DNA from: a virus
Lineage: Duplodnaviria > Caudoviricetes
DNA: 45,978 nt
Virus record (IMG/VR): IMGVR_UViG_3300037424_000965
Coordinates: 1-45,978 of that record
Reading direction: 5' to 3' (one strand)
In this document: one piece after another, positions 6,845 through 15,784 of the stretch
Layout of the letters: every line of letters starts with the position of its first letter
Numbering within the stretch: the stretch's first letter is position 1
The notes under the pieces: generated by a model
Seen by the model: only the letters and a program-made list of their open reading frames with translations
Databases searched by the model: none
What the model was told of the DNA's origin: nothing
Program-made: the position numbers and the translations under genes

Positions 6845-9096
6845 CCCTAGTTGAGCTGATGGAGTCTGAGGGGATGACCCTCACCAGGCGCGGGTCCAGG
6901 TGGTGGGCGTGCTGCCCGTTCCACGGCGACACCTCACCGTCCCTGTCCGTGTCCGAGAGGGACGGGGGGCAGGTCTGGCACTGCTTCGGGTGCAAGAGGG
7001 GCGGCGGCGCGGTCGAATACCTGTCTGAGGTGCGGGACGTCCCCGAGTTCGAGGCTCGGCGGGAGTGGGCCGCCCTCAACGGGTGGGACGTCCCGGACGG
7101 CGACAGGGAGCTCCTCACCAACGCGGTCGAGGGCCTTTCGGGTCATCAGTTCTTGCTTGACCGTGGGATCAGCGAGGAGACGCGCAGGCGGTTTAGGGTA
7201 GGGTACTGTGAGGATTATGGAACCCTGCTCGAGAGCGCCAACCTGTCTGAGGATCGGGCTATAGAGCTCGGGCTGTTTGACGTGTCCGGGTGCATCGTGT
7301 ACCCGTTCTACGACAGGGACGGCGTGTATAAGGTCGCGGCCCGCAGGGTGGACGTCAAGGAGTATAGGACGTCCCCCGAGACCTCCAAGTTCTTCCGCCT
7401 CGGCCTGTGGGGAATGCACCTCCTGCGGGGTGAGGAGGCATGGATATTCGAGGGTTACCACGATGCGATGGTAGCCAGGCAGGCCGGTTACCAGGCGGTC
7501 GCTGCGTGTGGCACTGACATGTCTCCCTCACATTGGGAGGACCTTAGGAGGGCCGGGGTTAAGCGGGCCGTCATAGTACCGGACGGGGATGAGGGTGGCA
7601 GGGTGTGGCTGGAGAAATCGGCGAGGTCTGCCCCCAAGGACGTGTCTCTTGAGTTGGTCGTGTTACAGTCTGGCGACCCGGACGACGCAATACTGGCCGG
7701 TACGTTCAAGTCACTGCCGAGGCTCAACCCGTTCGAGTGGTACGTAACGTATAAGTGGGGCAGTCCGTCTGGATTGGCTGAGAAGTGCCGCATGCTCCAG
7801 GAGGCTTCCCCGGTTTATTCGAGGATGCCAGCGCAGGACAGGGCCGCCGCCAGGGCCTGGTTCATCGGGGCGTTCGGGGATGACGAGTCGCTGTCGTTCC
7901 TGGCGGACCCGGTGCAGAGGGACGTGGAGGCCGAGAAGGTGGTGATCGCCAACTGCCTGTATTCTGGTACGGCGAGGCTTGAGGCTTTACAGGAGCTGGA
8001 GCCGTCATACTTCACCGGAGAGCGGCATCGGAAGGCGTTTGAATTGATACGTGACGTTGAGGCTACCCCACAGCTCCTGCAGGTAGAGATGGGTATTGAC
8101 TTTTCGGATAGGGCTGACCTGACGAACGCCAAGAGGTACGTGGATAGGGTGGCCCTATACGGGCGCGCCTCTAAGGTGTCTGAGGTACTGCGGAACTCCG
8201 ACCCGGCGAACGTCGGCGAGATCATAGAGCGCTTATATTTAGTAACCGATAAGGTTATACCGATTAGCGGCGTCGACCAGGTCCATAGGGTGATGGCGTC
8301 GGTAAATGATAGAGTAGCCAACCCGAGGGCTCCTGGGGTTGAAATCTGCGGCTTCCCGTCATTACATAAGTCCCTCCTCGGGTGGCGCCCGAAGAAGCTG
8401 ATCCTGATCTCTGGGAACTCGGGGCACGGGAAGACTACCACTGCATGCAACTTCGTCAATAGCTTCGTAGACGAGTGGCCGTCGCTGTTCGTGAGCCTTG
8501 AGATGACCGACGAGGAGATCATGGAGAAGATGATTGCCATCAGGTCCGGCATACCGTCGATGAAGATGATTACCGGCTCTATGGAGCAGTTCGAGTATGA
8601 TGAGGTGGCTAAGGCCGCCGACTCCCTTATGCACGGCAACCTGGAGATAGTTACGGGGGTAACCGACTTACATCGCATAGTGGCTATATGTAAGGCTCAT
8701 GTGATGCGCCGGAAGGTCAGGTTCATAGTCATCGACTACCTACAGCTGATAACTATAGGGGGTTCAAGAGAGGAGCGGTGGGAGCAGTTGGCCCTCATAA
8801 CTAAGACCTTAAAGACCCAGGTATGCTCGGCCGGGCCGACGGTAATCGCCCTCACCCAGCTTAAGAAGAGCGCGCTGAACTCGGACGTCCCGGACGCGGC
8901 CGACCAGGCCGGGGCCTATGCTATGCTGGCGGACGCCGATGCGGCCATGACGGTGAGGAAGGTAGACCCCAGGGACACCAAGGACGGGAGCAACTACCTG
9001 ATAAACTTAAGCAAGAACAGGTTCGGGTGGGACGAGGTGCAGGTTCCCTGCCTGTTTGATCGCAATTCGCAGAGAATAGAGGAGCTGACGTCATGA
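6841..9096 (+). CDS. DnaG-type primase / DnaB-type helicase fusion
   Basis: CHC2 Zn finger (CPFHGD...WHCFGC), TOPRIM (FEGYHD, PDGDEGG), Walker A GNSGHGKTT, SLEM, IDYLQL, ALTQL. Confidence 0.93.
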   Translation: MTLVELMESEGMTLTRRGSRWWACCPFHGDTSPSLSVSERDGGQVWHCFGCKRGGGAVEYLSEVRDVPEFEARREWAALNGWDVPDGDRELLTNAVEGLSGHQFLLDRGISEETRRRFRVGYCEDYGTLLESANLSEDRAIELGLFDVSGCIVYPFYDRDGVYKVAARRVDVKEYRTSPETSKFFRLGLWGMHLLRGEEAWIFEGYHDAMVARQAGYQAVAACGTDMSPSHWEDLRRAGVKRAVIVPDGDEGGRVWLEKSARSAPKDVSLELVVLQSGDPDDAILAGTFKSLPRLNPFEWYVTYKWGSPSGLAEKCRMLQEASPVYSRMPAQDRAAARAWFIGAFGDDESLSFLADPVQRDVEAEKVVIANCLYSGTARLEALQELEPSYFTGERHRKAFELIRDVEATPQLLQVEMGIDFSDRADLTNAKRYVDRVALYGRASKVSEVLRNSDPANVGEIIERLYLVTDKVIPISGVDQVHRVMASVNDRVANPRAPGVEICGFPSLHKSLLGWRPKKLILISGNSGHGKTTTACNFVNSFVDEWPSLFVSLEMTDEEIMEKMIAIRSGIPSMKMITGSMEQFEYDEVAKAADSLMHGNLEIVTGVTDLHRIVAICKAHVMRRKVRFIVIDYLQLITIGGSREERWEQLALITKTLKTQVCSAGPTVIALTQLKKSALNSDVPDAADQAGAYAMLADADAAMTVRKVDPRDTKDGSNYLINLSKNRFGWDEVQVPCLFDRNSQRIEELTS

Positions 9097-9602
9097 CATA
9101 CTGCTTTACAGGATACCCACTAAGCGGGAAGAGCACGCTGGCTCGCAAACTGGCTGTAACACTTAACGTCGGGTGCTTATCTACGGGGGCGCTCGCGAGG
9201 GCCCTGGGGATGGGTCTGGAGCCGTCCATCAAGGAGTTGGACATATCCCTGGAGCACGATAGGGAGATAACGGCCGGGGCTCTCAAGGCCGCTGCTGACT
9301 GCGAGGTGCTGGACGGGTTCCCGAGGTCCATTGACCAGGTCTCGGCCCTTAGGACCCAGGGCACGGCCTTCACGGTCGTGTTTGTGACGGAGAATCCGTT
9401 GATCGTGTTCGACAGGATAAGCGATCGGGCCAGCAGGGAGGGGAGGCCAGAGGACGCCCCGGATGTGGTGGCAGGCAGGCTGAGGCGATCTATGGAGTTT
9501 AAGAGGGAGCTTGAAGACATACTGCTCACGGGCGAGCTGGTGATCTTTGACTCCTCTCGCGGCTACGGCGACCTGGTTCATGAGCTTGGGCTAGAGCCGT
9601 GA
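9093..9602 (+). CDS. Adenylate-kinase-family nucleoside monophosphate kinase (short LID)
   Basis: GYPLSGKST P-loop, STGALAR, LDGFPRSIDQ, R.ED....RL. Confidence 0.85.
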   Translation: MTYCFTGYPLSGKSTLARKLAVTLNVGCLSTGALARALGMGLEPSIKELDISLEHDREITAGALKAAADCEVLDGFPRSIDQVSALRTQGTAFTVVFVTENPLIVFDRISDRASREGRPEDAPDVVAGRLRRSMEFKRELEDILLTGELVIFDSSRGYGDLVHELGLEP

Positions 9603-10111
9603 TCCGCCGTGCCATCGGGAAGATGATAGAGTGGGCCATAGGTTACAGGCATGAGATAACCGTGGTCCTGGCCCCAGGGGCCAAGATGCCCTTCCATAAG
9701 TATGACGGCGACGCCGGATACGACCTCCATAGCCTGGAGGATGTCGGCATACCTGGAGGGTCTACCAGGGACGTAAGCTCGGGGGTTTACCTTGACATGC
9801 GGGAGCGCATCTGGCTAGAGATAAAGGCCAGGAGTTCGACGCTCCGGGTCAAGGGACTTGAGGTGGTGGACGCCGTGATCGACCGCGATTATCGGGGCGA
9901 GATGAGGGCCTCGGTACATAACCCGACCGGTTGTGTAATTATGATTAAGGCTGGTGAGAGGGTGGTACAGGTAGTACCTCACAGGCTGATACCCCTCACG
10001 TTCTCTGAGGGCGAGCTCACCAGGTCGGAGCGCGGGACGTCCGGGTTCGGCTCCACGGGCGGGCATGGGGAGTTAACGGGCGGTGGTGACGCAGACACGG
10101 TACGCAGATGA
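9599..10111 (+). CDS. dut: Trimeric dUTPase-fold dNTP pyrophosphatase
   Basis: All five motifs: AGYDL, RSS, VIDRDYRGE, GERVVQ, RGTSGFGSTG. Confidence 0.92.
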   Translation: MIRRAIGKMIEWAIGYRHEITVVLAPGAKMPFHKYDGDAGYDLHSLEDVGIPGGSTRDVSSGVYLDMRERIWLEIKARSSTLRVKGLEVVDAVIDRDYRGEMRASVHNPTGCVIMIKAGERVVQVVPHRLIPLTFSEGELTRSERGTSGFGSTGGHGELTGGGDADTVRR

Positions 10112-13100
10112 GTAGATATGTCGACCTACACCTACACGGGGCGCACTCGCTCCTTGACGGGTTGATCAAGCCGGTTCCGCTGATGGAAAAGTGCAAGACC
10201 CTCGGGCGGGACGCGGTGGCCCTGACCGACCACGGCTCCCTCGGGGGCCTGGTCGAGTTCCATAAGGCTGCAAACAAGGCCGGGATAAAGCCGCTCCTCG
10301 GGTGCGAGTTCTATCACGACCGTGGGGATCAGGTCAACTACCACCTGATCCTGATAGCGCGCAACCGAGAGGGGTATCGGAACTTGGTCAGGCTCAACAA
10401 CCTAGCCCAGGGCAACATCTACAAGAAGCCCAGGATAACCGATGAGATGATTAGGTCTCACGGGTCCGGGCTGGTCCTGTTGACTGCGTGCGTTCAGGGG
10501 TACCTCGCCTCTACCGCGATCAGGGGCGTCCCGGACTGGCAGTGGTTCAAGGCTGCGCAGGGGTGGGTCGATGCGGCATACCTTGAGGTGCAGAATCATG
10601 GGATATCGGATGAGGAGCTAGTCCGGGACGCGTTCATATACTCCGGGCTCCCGTGCGTCGGGACGGTTGACGCCCATTACCTGAACGCCCAGGATGGGGG
10701 GGCGCACGAGGTCGGCCTCGCGGTCTCCATGAACAAGATGGCGGGCGAGTTTAAGTTTCCAGGGAGCGGATATCACGTCCGTGATGAGTCTGAGATCAAG
10801 CTCCCCCCGATGGTGCTGGACGCCACGGCCGACGTGGCCGCCACGGTGGAGGTCTACGACCTGGGGTACGACACCTGGCAACTGCCGGAGGTAGACCTTG
10901 ATCCAGGTCATGAGCTGGCCGAGTTGGAGTTTAGGCTTAACGACTATCTAGTCAGCAGTTTTGGCTTTGAAGCCGTTCAGTATGACCCGGATGGCACGAT
11001 ACTGTCATACCTCGAGAGGCTGACATATGAGTTCAAGGTAATCCGGGATAATGGGTTCCTCCCTTACTTCAAGATCGTCGCTGAGATTTGCAGGTTCGTC
11101 GATGAGGACCTCAAGAGCCTGAGGGGGTGGGGGCGGGGGTCGGCCGCCGGGTCCCTGGTCGCGATGCTCATGGGGATAACGAAGATCGACCCCATCCGGT
11201 GGGGCCTATATTTCGAGAGGTTCCTAAATCCAGACCGCATAAGCCCGCCGGACATCGACCTGGACTTCAAGCCTGAGGACCGACAGCCGGTGCTGGAGTT
11301 CATGCGCAACAGGTGGGGCCGCGTCTACCAGATCGGAACGTACACGACGCTCGGTCCCAGGGAGACCATCCTGTCCTGCTCTCGCGCCATGGGGGTCCAA
11401 ACTTCCCTCGCCGACTTCGTGCCGGTGGAGGCCCCGGTCCCGCCGATCTCCGAGCTGATGGGGCGCGAGGCCTTCGCCAAGAGGGTCGCGGTAGAGGGGA
11501 ACGAGGACTTCGTGGCCGTCTGCATGTCGCTGGAGGGCCTGCCCAGGAACCCGTCGGCCCATGCGTCGGGGGTGGTCATTGACGTAGCCGACGAGGTGCC
11601 GGTCCGGATATCGAAGTCGGGCGCCAACGCCGGGATACCGGTTACGGCCTATGACATGTACTCCCTCGAGGACCTGATGCTGACCAAGATAGACGTGCTC
11701 GGCGTGAACGCGCTGTCGATCATCGACCGGGCCTGCAGGGCCGTCGGGGTTAGGGTGGACGACTTCCCGCTCGGGGACGCCCGCACGTTCGAGGCGTTCA
11801 ACTCGGGGAGCACCCTGGGGGTGTTCCAGTTCGAGACCCACTCGTTCGCGAAGCTCATCCGCGACCTGCACCCGGATTCGTTCGAGGAGTTGGTTGACCT
11901 AAACACGCTTGGGCGGCCGGGGTGTCTCGAGTCCGGGATGACCGAGGAGTATATGGACCGCAAGTTCGGGAGGAGGGAGAGGCTACCGATACACCCGAAG
12001 CTGGCCGACAGCCTGGGGCATCAGGGCCTGCCGCTGTTCCAGGAGCAGATGATGCTCATAGCCCGAGAGCTTGCCGGGTTCACCATGGCCGAGGCCGACA
12101 TCCTGCGGAAGGCCATCGGGAAGAAGCAGAAGGACCTGTTCGAGTCGATTCACGTGAAGTTCGTCGAGGGGTGCGGGACGACCAGTGGGGTCCCGATAGA
12201 GGAGGCTGAGGGGGTCTGGGCCACGCTCGAGAAGAGCGCCCGGTACACGTGGAACCTGTCCCACGCCGTGGCGTACACGCTGGTCTCGTATTGGACTATG
12301 TACCTGTCGGCTAACTACCCGGTGGAGTGGTTCTGCGAGCTCCTGAACGGGGCGGCGGCGGGGAACGACTCCTCCGTCAGGAGGAGGGCCCTCCTGTCCG
12401 AGTGCAGGAGGCGCGGGGTGCCGGTCTCAAGGCCGAACGCCAACCTGTCAGGCAGGGAGTACACCGTGTCCGGCGGGACCGTTATGCTCGGGCTGTCCGG
12501 CATAAAGTACGTGGGCGAGAAGGCCGTGGAGCACATCCTGGCGGCTAGGGGGTCCGGCAAGCCGTTCATGGGGTCGGAGGACCTCAAGAATAGGTGCGGG
12601 GCCAAGAACGTGAACTCTAGGGCCGTGACGTACCTGCTCAAGGCCGGGTGCTTTCCGGACGAGTACGAGCCCAGCCGGGACGATGAGATGGAGGCCCTCG
12701 GGTACTCGGTCTCCGGTAGGGCGATAGATCAGGGCTTCCTCAGGTTCGTGGAGGGCGCGGGCGAGGTCCTGGACGTGAAGGCCATCACTTCCAAGAAGGG
12801 TGACCCGATGTGCTTCGCGTCGGTGGACTTCCATGATGAGATACGGTCGGTAGTCGTGTTCCCGAGGCAGTACTCGGAGTACCGCGAGGTGCTGGTCAGG
12901 GGCGCCGTACTCGGCTTCTCGACCAGGGCTGGGGAGGATATACTCGAGGGCCTGTTCGACCCGTGCAACCTGGACGAGCTCATCATGGAGATACCTGAGA
13001 GGAAGGCCGACGAGTTCCTTTCCTTCTACCCATCGTGCGCGGGCCTGCCGACGGTGAGGGCGGCTGGGTACGACCTGGCCAGCGTCCCGCTCACCCCGCA

Positions 13101-13179
13101 GATGGTCGAGTTCACGGCGGCCGAGTTCGGCGTCGAGAAGATGATTACTCGGAAGTCGTTCCAGGGACACGGAAGGTAA
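10108..13179 (+). CDS. dnaE: Family C DNA polymerase III alpha subunit with intact PHP domain
   Basis: HLHGAHSLLDG, TDHG, DAHY (PHP); GRGSAAGSL, FERFLNPDRISPPDIDLDF, KIDVLG, GVFQFE, FQEQMM, C-terminal OB fold. Confidence 0.97.
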   Translation: MSRYVDLHLHGAHSLLDGLIKPVPLMEKCKTLGRDAVALTDHGSLGGLVEFHKAANKAGIKPLLGCEFYHDRGDQVNYHLILIARNREGYRNLVRLNNLAQGNIYKKPRITDEMIRSHGSGLVLLTACVQGYLASTAIRGVPDWQWFKAAQGWVDAAYLEVQNHGISDEELVRDAFIYSGLPCVGTVDAHYLNAQDGGAHEVGLAVSMNKMAGEFKFPGSGYHVRDESEIKLPPMVLDATADVAATVEVYDLGYDTWQLPEVDLDPGHELAELEFRLNDYLVSSFGFEAVQYDPDGTILSYLERLTYEFKVIRDNGFLPYFKIVAEICRFVDEDLKSLRGWGRGSAAGSLVAMLMGITKIDPIRWGLYFERFLNPDRISPPDIDLDFKPEDRQPVLEFMRNRWGRVYQIGTYTTLGPRETILSCSRAMGVQTSLADFVPVEAPVPPISELMGREAFAKRVAVEGNEDFVAVCMSLEGLPRNPSAHASGVVIDVADEVPVRISKSGANAGIPVTAYDMYSLEDLMLTKIDVLGVNALSIIDRACRAVGVRVDDFPLGDARTFEAFNSGSTLGVFQFETHSFAKLIRDLHPDSFEELVDLNTLGRPGCLESGMTEEYMDRKFGRRERLPIHPKLADSLGHQGLPLFQEQMMLIARELAGFTMAEADILRKAIGKKQKDLFESIHVKFVEGCGTTSGVPIEEAEGVWATLEKSARYTWNLSHAVAYTLVSYWTMYLSANYPVEWFCELLNGAAAGNDSSVRRRALLSECRRRGVPVSRPNANLSGREYTVSGGTVMLGLSGIKYVGEKAVEHILAARGSGKPFMGSEDLKNRCGAKNVNSRAVTYLLKAGCFPDEYEPSRDDEMEALGYSVSGRAIDQGFLRFVEGAGEVLDVKAITSKKGDPMCFASVDFHDEIRSVVVFPRQYSEYREVLVRGAVLGFSTRAGEDILEGLFDPCNLDELIMEIPERKADEFLSFYPSCAGLPTVRAAGYDLASVPLTPQMVEFTAAEFGVEKMITRKSFQGHGR
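13145..13171 (+). promoter_or_regulatory. Putative phage-sigma promoter TTAC-N16-GGACACG in the end of dnaE
   Basis: TTAC 13145-13148, GGACAC 13165-13170, ~20 nt upstream of next start codon. Confidence 0.55.
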
Positions 13180-13191
13180 GGAGGCCATTAG

Positions 13192-13872
13192 ATGGCAGAG
13201 ATTTCAGAGATAAAGGAACTCGTGGTGCCGCTCGCGCTCGAGCTTAGCAGGAGCGTCGACGCGGTGGTTAAGGAGATGGAGGCCATCACGGTCTCAACCC
13301 AGGGGCAGTACGACTGGATGTCCGGGTGGCTCCGCCGGAACAAGGACACCCAGAAGGCCGTCGACGAGTTCTTCGAGGGCGAGAGGGTGGAGAAGAAGGC
13401 CGCGTACGATGACGTGCTGGCCCGCAAGGGAGCGTTCAAGAAGCCGCTCGAGGCCGCCGACGCCGTGGCACGTAGGAAGATGTCGGTGTTCGCTACCGAG
13501 CAGGAGAAGGTCCGCCGGGCCGCGCAGGCTAAGGCCGACGAGGAGGCCCGTAAGAGGGTCGAGGACGACCGGTTGCTCAAGGCCGAGGAGCTCTCGGCCA
13601 TGGGCCGGACCGACCAGGCCGACGCGGTTATGGAGAGGTCCGTCACCGTCAAGGCCGCCCCCGTGATGGCCAAGGTCGGCAAGACGATGGAGGTCTGGAC
13701 CGTGGAGGTGGCAGACTTATCGGCGTTCCTGGCCGAGGCCTCGGGGCTGAACCAGGACATCCTGAACTGCATCACCGTTAACGTGACGGCCCTGGCGGCC
13801 GTGCTCAAGAGGGGAGACTGCAGGCAGTTCGTGGGGCTTAAGGTCAGCCAGACCTTCCGGCCCGTGTTATAA
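13192..13872 (+). CDS. Coiled-coil phage protein (Gam/gp157-like context)
   Basis: Long charged helix; AAGGAGG RBS; precedes exonuclease. Confidence 0.6.
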   Translation: MAEISEIKELVVPLALELSRSVDAVVKEMEAITVSTQGQYDWMSGWLRRNKDTQKAVDEFFEGERVEKKAAYDDVLARKGAFKKPLEAADAVARRKMSVFATEQEKVRRAAQAKADEEARKRVEDDRLLKAEELSAMGRTDQADAVMERSVTVKAAPVMAKVGKTMEVWTVEVADLSAFLAEASGLNQDILNCITVNVTALAAVLKRGDCRQFVGLKVSQTFRPVL

Positions 13873-13881
13873 GGGGGAGAG

Positions 13882-14712
13882 ATGCAGATAAACACCGTAA
13901 ACCTAGCGTACGCCCAGACCCTGGCCGACGAGGCCGCGAGGGAGCGGGCGAGGAAGCCCCGGCATTACCCGTCTGGGGCGTGCGCGTACCTAAAGTCGGG
14001 CCGGTTCACCGGCAAGTGCCGGAGGGCAACCTGGCTCGAGTGGAACGGGGCCACGAAGACGGACCCGATCGACGCCCCCGCCCTGTTTAAAATGAGGGTT
14101 GGCGACCTAATACATGAGATGCTCGACGGGCTCCTCAACCGGGCGCTGGAGGCTGAGGGGTGGGCCCCGGAACAGCACGCTGGCGAGAACGGTTCCGTAG
14201 TCGAGGGCATCGGGGCCGAGACCTCACTGGTTTGGCAACCTGAGGGGCTCAAGTACCCGTTCTCTGGCAGGCTCGACAAGAGGTTCGTTAAGGGTGGGGT
14301 CAGGCTCGCGGCTGAGTGGAAGAGCACGTACGGCAGGGGCGCGGACTTCATAAAGAAGGACGGCCCGAAGGAGGATGCCCTCCTACAGGTCGCAGTCTAT
14401 CTCGAGCAGGACGTCTTCCCGCTCGATGAGGTCGCCCTGATGTACGCCGCCCGCGACTCCGGGTACCTGATGGGCTACGCGGTCACGAGGGGCTCGGACG
14501 GCATGCTGGAATATGAGACCATGGGGTCGTCCTTGCACACCGTGTCCGAGGCCTCCTGGGACGGCGTGAAGGCCGCTACCCTGGAGCTCGAGGCCGCCCT
14601 GGAGGACGAGGCGATGCCGCCCCCGAGGGACTACGGACCGCAGAACCCGGACAAGTCCAATAAGTGGAGATGTCAGTACTGCAGCTATGCCAAGCTCTGC
14701 GAGGGCCTGTGA
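13882..14712 (+). CDS. Cas4-like PD-(D/E)XK exonuclease
   Basis: KCRR..W, GDLIHE, SGRLD, EWKS, QVAVY, C-terminal CQYCSYAKLC. Confidence 0.85.
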   Translation: MQINTVNLAYAQTLADEAARERARKPRHYPSGACAYLKSGRFTGKCRRATWLEWNGATKTDPIDAPALFKMRVGDLIHEMLDGLLNRALEAEGWAPEQHAGENGSVVEGIGAETSLVWQPEGLKYPFSGRLDKRFVKGGVRLAAEWKSTYGRGADFIKKDGPKEDALLQVAVYLEQDVFPLDEVALMYAARDSGYLMGYAVTRGSDGMLEYETMGSSLHTVSEASWDGVKAATLELEAALEDEAMPPPRDYGPQNPDKSNKWRCQYCSYAKLCEGL

Positions 14713-14930
14713 CCGTCTTCGAGCACCCGGACCTCTCCGAGGGGTTCAGGTGCCCGGTCTGCGGGACCGGGAGGGACGGGCCGGTCCTGAAGGTCCCCAG
14801 GGACTGGGACCACCTCGGGTTCATATCTACCACCCAGGTGCACGTCGCGTGCCTGGACCTGAGGCTGTACCCGAGGCTTGACACGTTCGTGATCAGGCAG
14901 GACCTCCAACTGCGGAATGAGGACCTATGA
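14709..14930 (+). CDS. Small Zn-finger-like hypothetical protein
   Basis: GTGA overlap start; CPVC...HVAC. Confidence 0.6.
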   Translation: MTVFEHPDLSEGFRCPVCGTGRDGPVLKVPRDWDHLGFISTTQVHVACLDLRLYPRLDTFVIRQDLQLRNEDL

Positions 14931-15196
14931 GCTACAGGCTATTTAAGGTATCCGTACTGCGGAGGGCCGACTGGCAGTGTGAGGTCGTAGGGTGTGATGC
15001 CGAGTGTACGTCGGTGCACCACCTCCTTAAGGTGTCCCGGTACCCGGAGTTCAGGGAGGAGCCCAAGAACGGGCTCGCCATATGCGGGGGGTGTCACGCC
15101 GAGGTTGAGCGCCGAGAGCGCGAGGGCATCCCGACCGACGAGATGATACCGGAGCGGAGGCGCCTTGAGGCGGCCTCCCTATTGGAGGCGACATGA
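14927..15196 (+). CDS. HNH endonuclease
   Basis: CEVVGC...SVHH...NGLAICGGCH. Confidence 0.8.
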   Translation: MSYRLFKVSVLRRADWQCEVVGCDAECTSVHHLLKVSRYPEFREEPKNGLAICGGCHAEVERREREGIPTDEMIPERRRLEAASLLEAT

Positions 15197-15612
15197 GGGT
15201 ACTCGGGATAGACCCCCATGGGGCTAAGCCGTACGGGTTCGCCATACTGGACCGCGAGGACGGGCTCCCCTATAGCAGGGTCCTCCTGTCGGGCCTGTGC
15301 GACCTGCGGGTGCTGTACGGGATGATCCGGGAGTTTAAGCCGGACGTGGTCGCCATAGAGGACCAGTACATGGACAAGAACTACAAGGTCGCAAAGTCCC
15401 TGTCCTGGTCGGCCGGGAAGGTGATGGGGGCGGCCGAGCTGGCACATGTCGAGTGGCTGGTGATTAACGTGGCGACCTGGAAGTCGGTGATGCGGGCCCA
15501 GAAGGGTACTCACGTCGCCCGCGCGGCCGAGCTGTTCGGCGGGAAGTTCGAGGATGACGAGGCCTCGGCGGTCCTGATAGCCGCCTATGCAATAGGGCAG
15601 AAGGGTACTTGA
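15193..15612 (+). CDS. RuvC-like Holliday junction resolvase
   Basis: VLGIDP, PDVVAIED, TWKS, DDEASAVLIA. Confidence 0.85.
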   Translation: MRVLGIDPHGAKPYGFAILDREDGLPYSRVLLSGLCDLRVLYGMIREFKPDVVAIEDQYMDKNYKVAKSLSWSAGKVMGAAELAHVEWLVINVATWKSVMRAQKGTHVARAAELFGGKFEDDEASAVLIAAYAIGQKGT

Positions 15613-15638
15613 CAGAATGACCCAAATCGTGGTATAAT
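15609..15638 (+). promoter_or_regulatory. Strong sigma70-type promoter with extended -10
   Basis: TTGACA(15609-14)-18 nt-TATAAT(15633-38); two mismatches versus the promoter at 416. Confidence 0.85.
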
Positions 15639-15640
15639 GG

Positions 15641-15713
15641 AAGGGTTGGGGACGAGGGGTTCAAAGATTGACCGTAAACCCGGCCAGCAGTCGGACCCCA
15701 CTCCCGACCCTTT
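15641..15713 (+). ncRNA. Candidate rod-like hairpin sRNA / structured leader
   Basis: Nested helices GGGUUGGGG/UCCCGACCC, GGGGUUC/GGACCCC, GAUUG/CAGUC, CCG/CGG immediately after promoter. Confidence 0.45.
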
Positions 15714-15721
15714 CGGCTTCC

Positions 15722-15748
15722 TTAATCGGGACTAGCCTTGAGGACACT
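15722..15748 (+). promoter_or_regulatory. Putative phage-sigma promoter TTAA-N16-GGACACT
   Basis: TTAA 15722-25, GGACACT 15742-48. Confidence 0.7.
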
Positions 15749-15784
15749 AGAAGATGGGCGCAGGGCGCCAGAGGAAGGTACAAG

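Noticed and set aside
10108-13179. Intein or intron in dnaE (or in terL/recA)
   Set aside because: Lengths are normal to short, motifs are contiguous and no splice-junction motifs were seen
15641-15713. SRP RNA or tRNA identity for the hairpin
   Set aside because: Has AGCAG but lacks the paired CAGG and GNRA loop of SRP helix 8; no cloverleaf or T-loop
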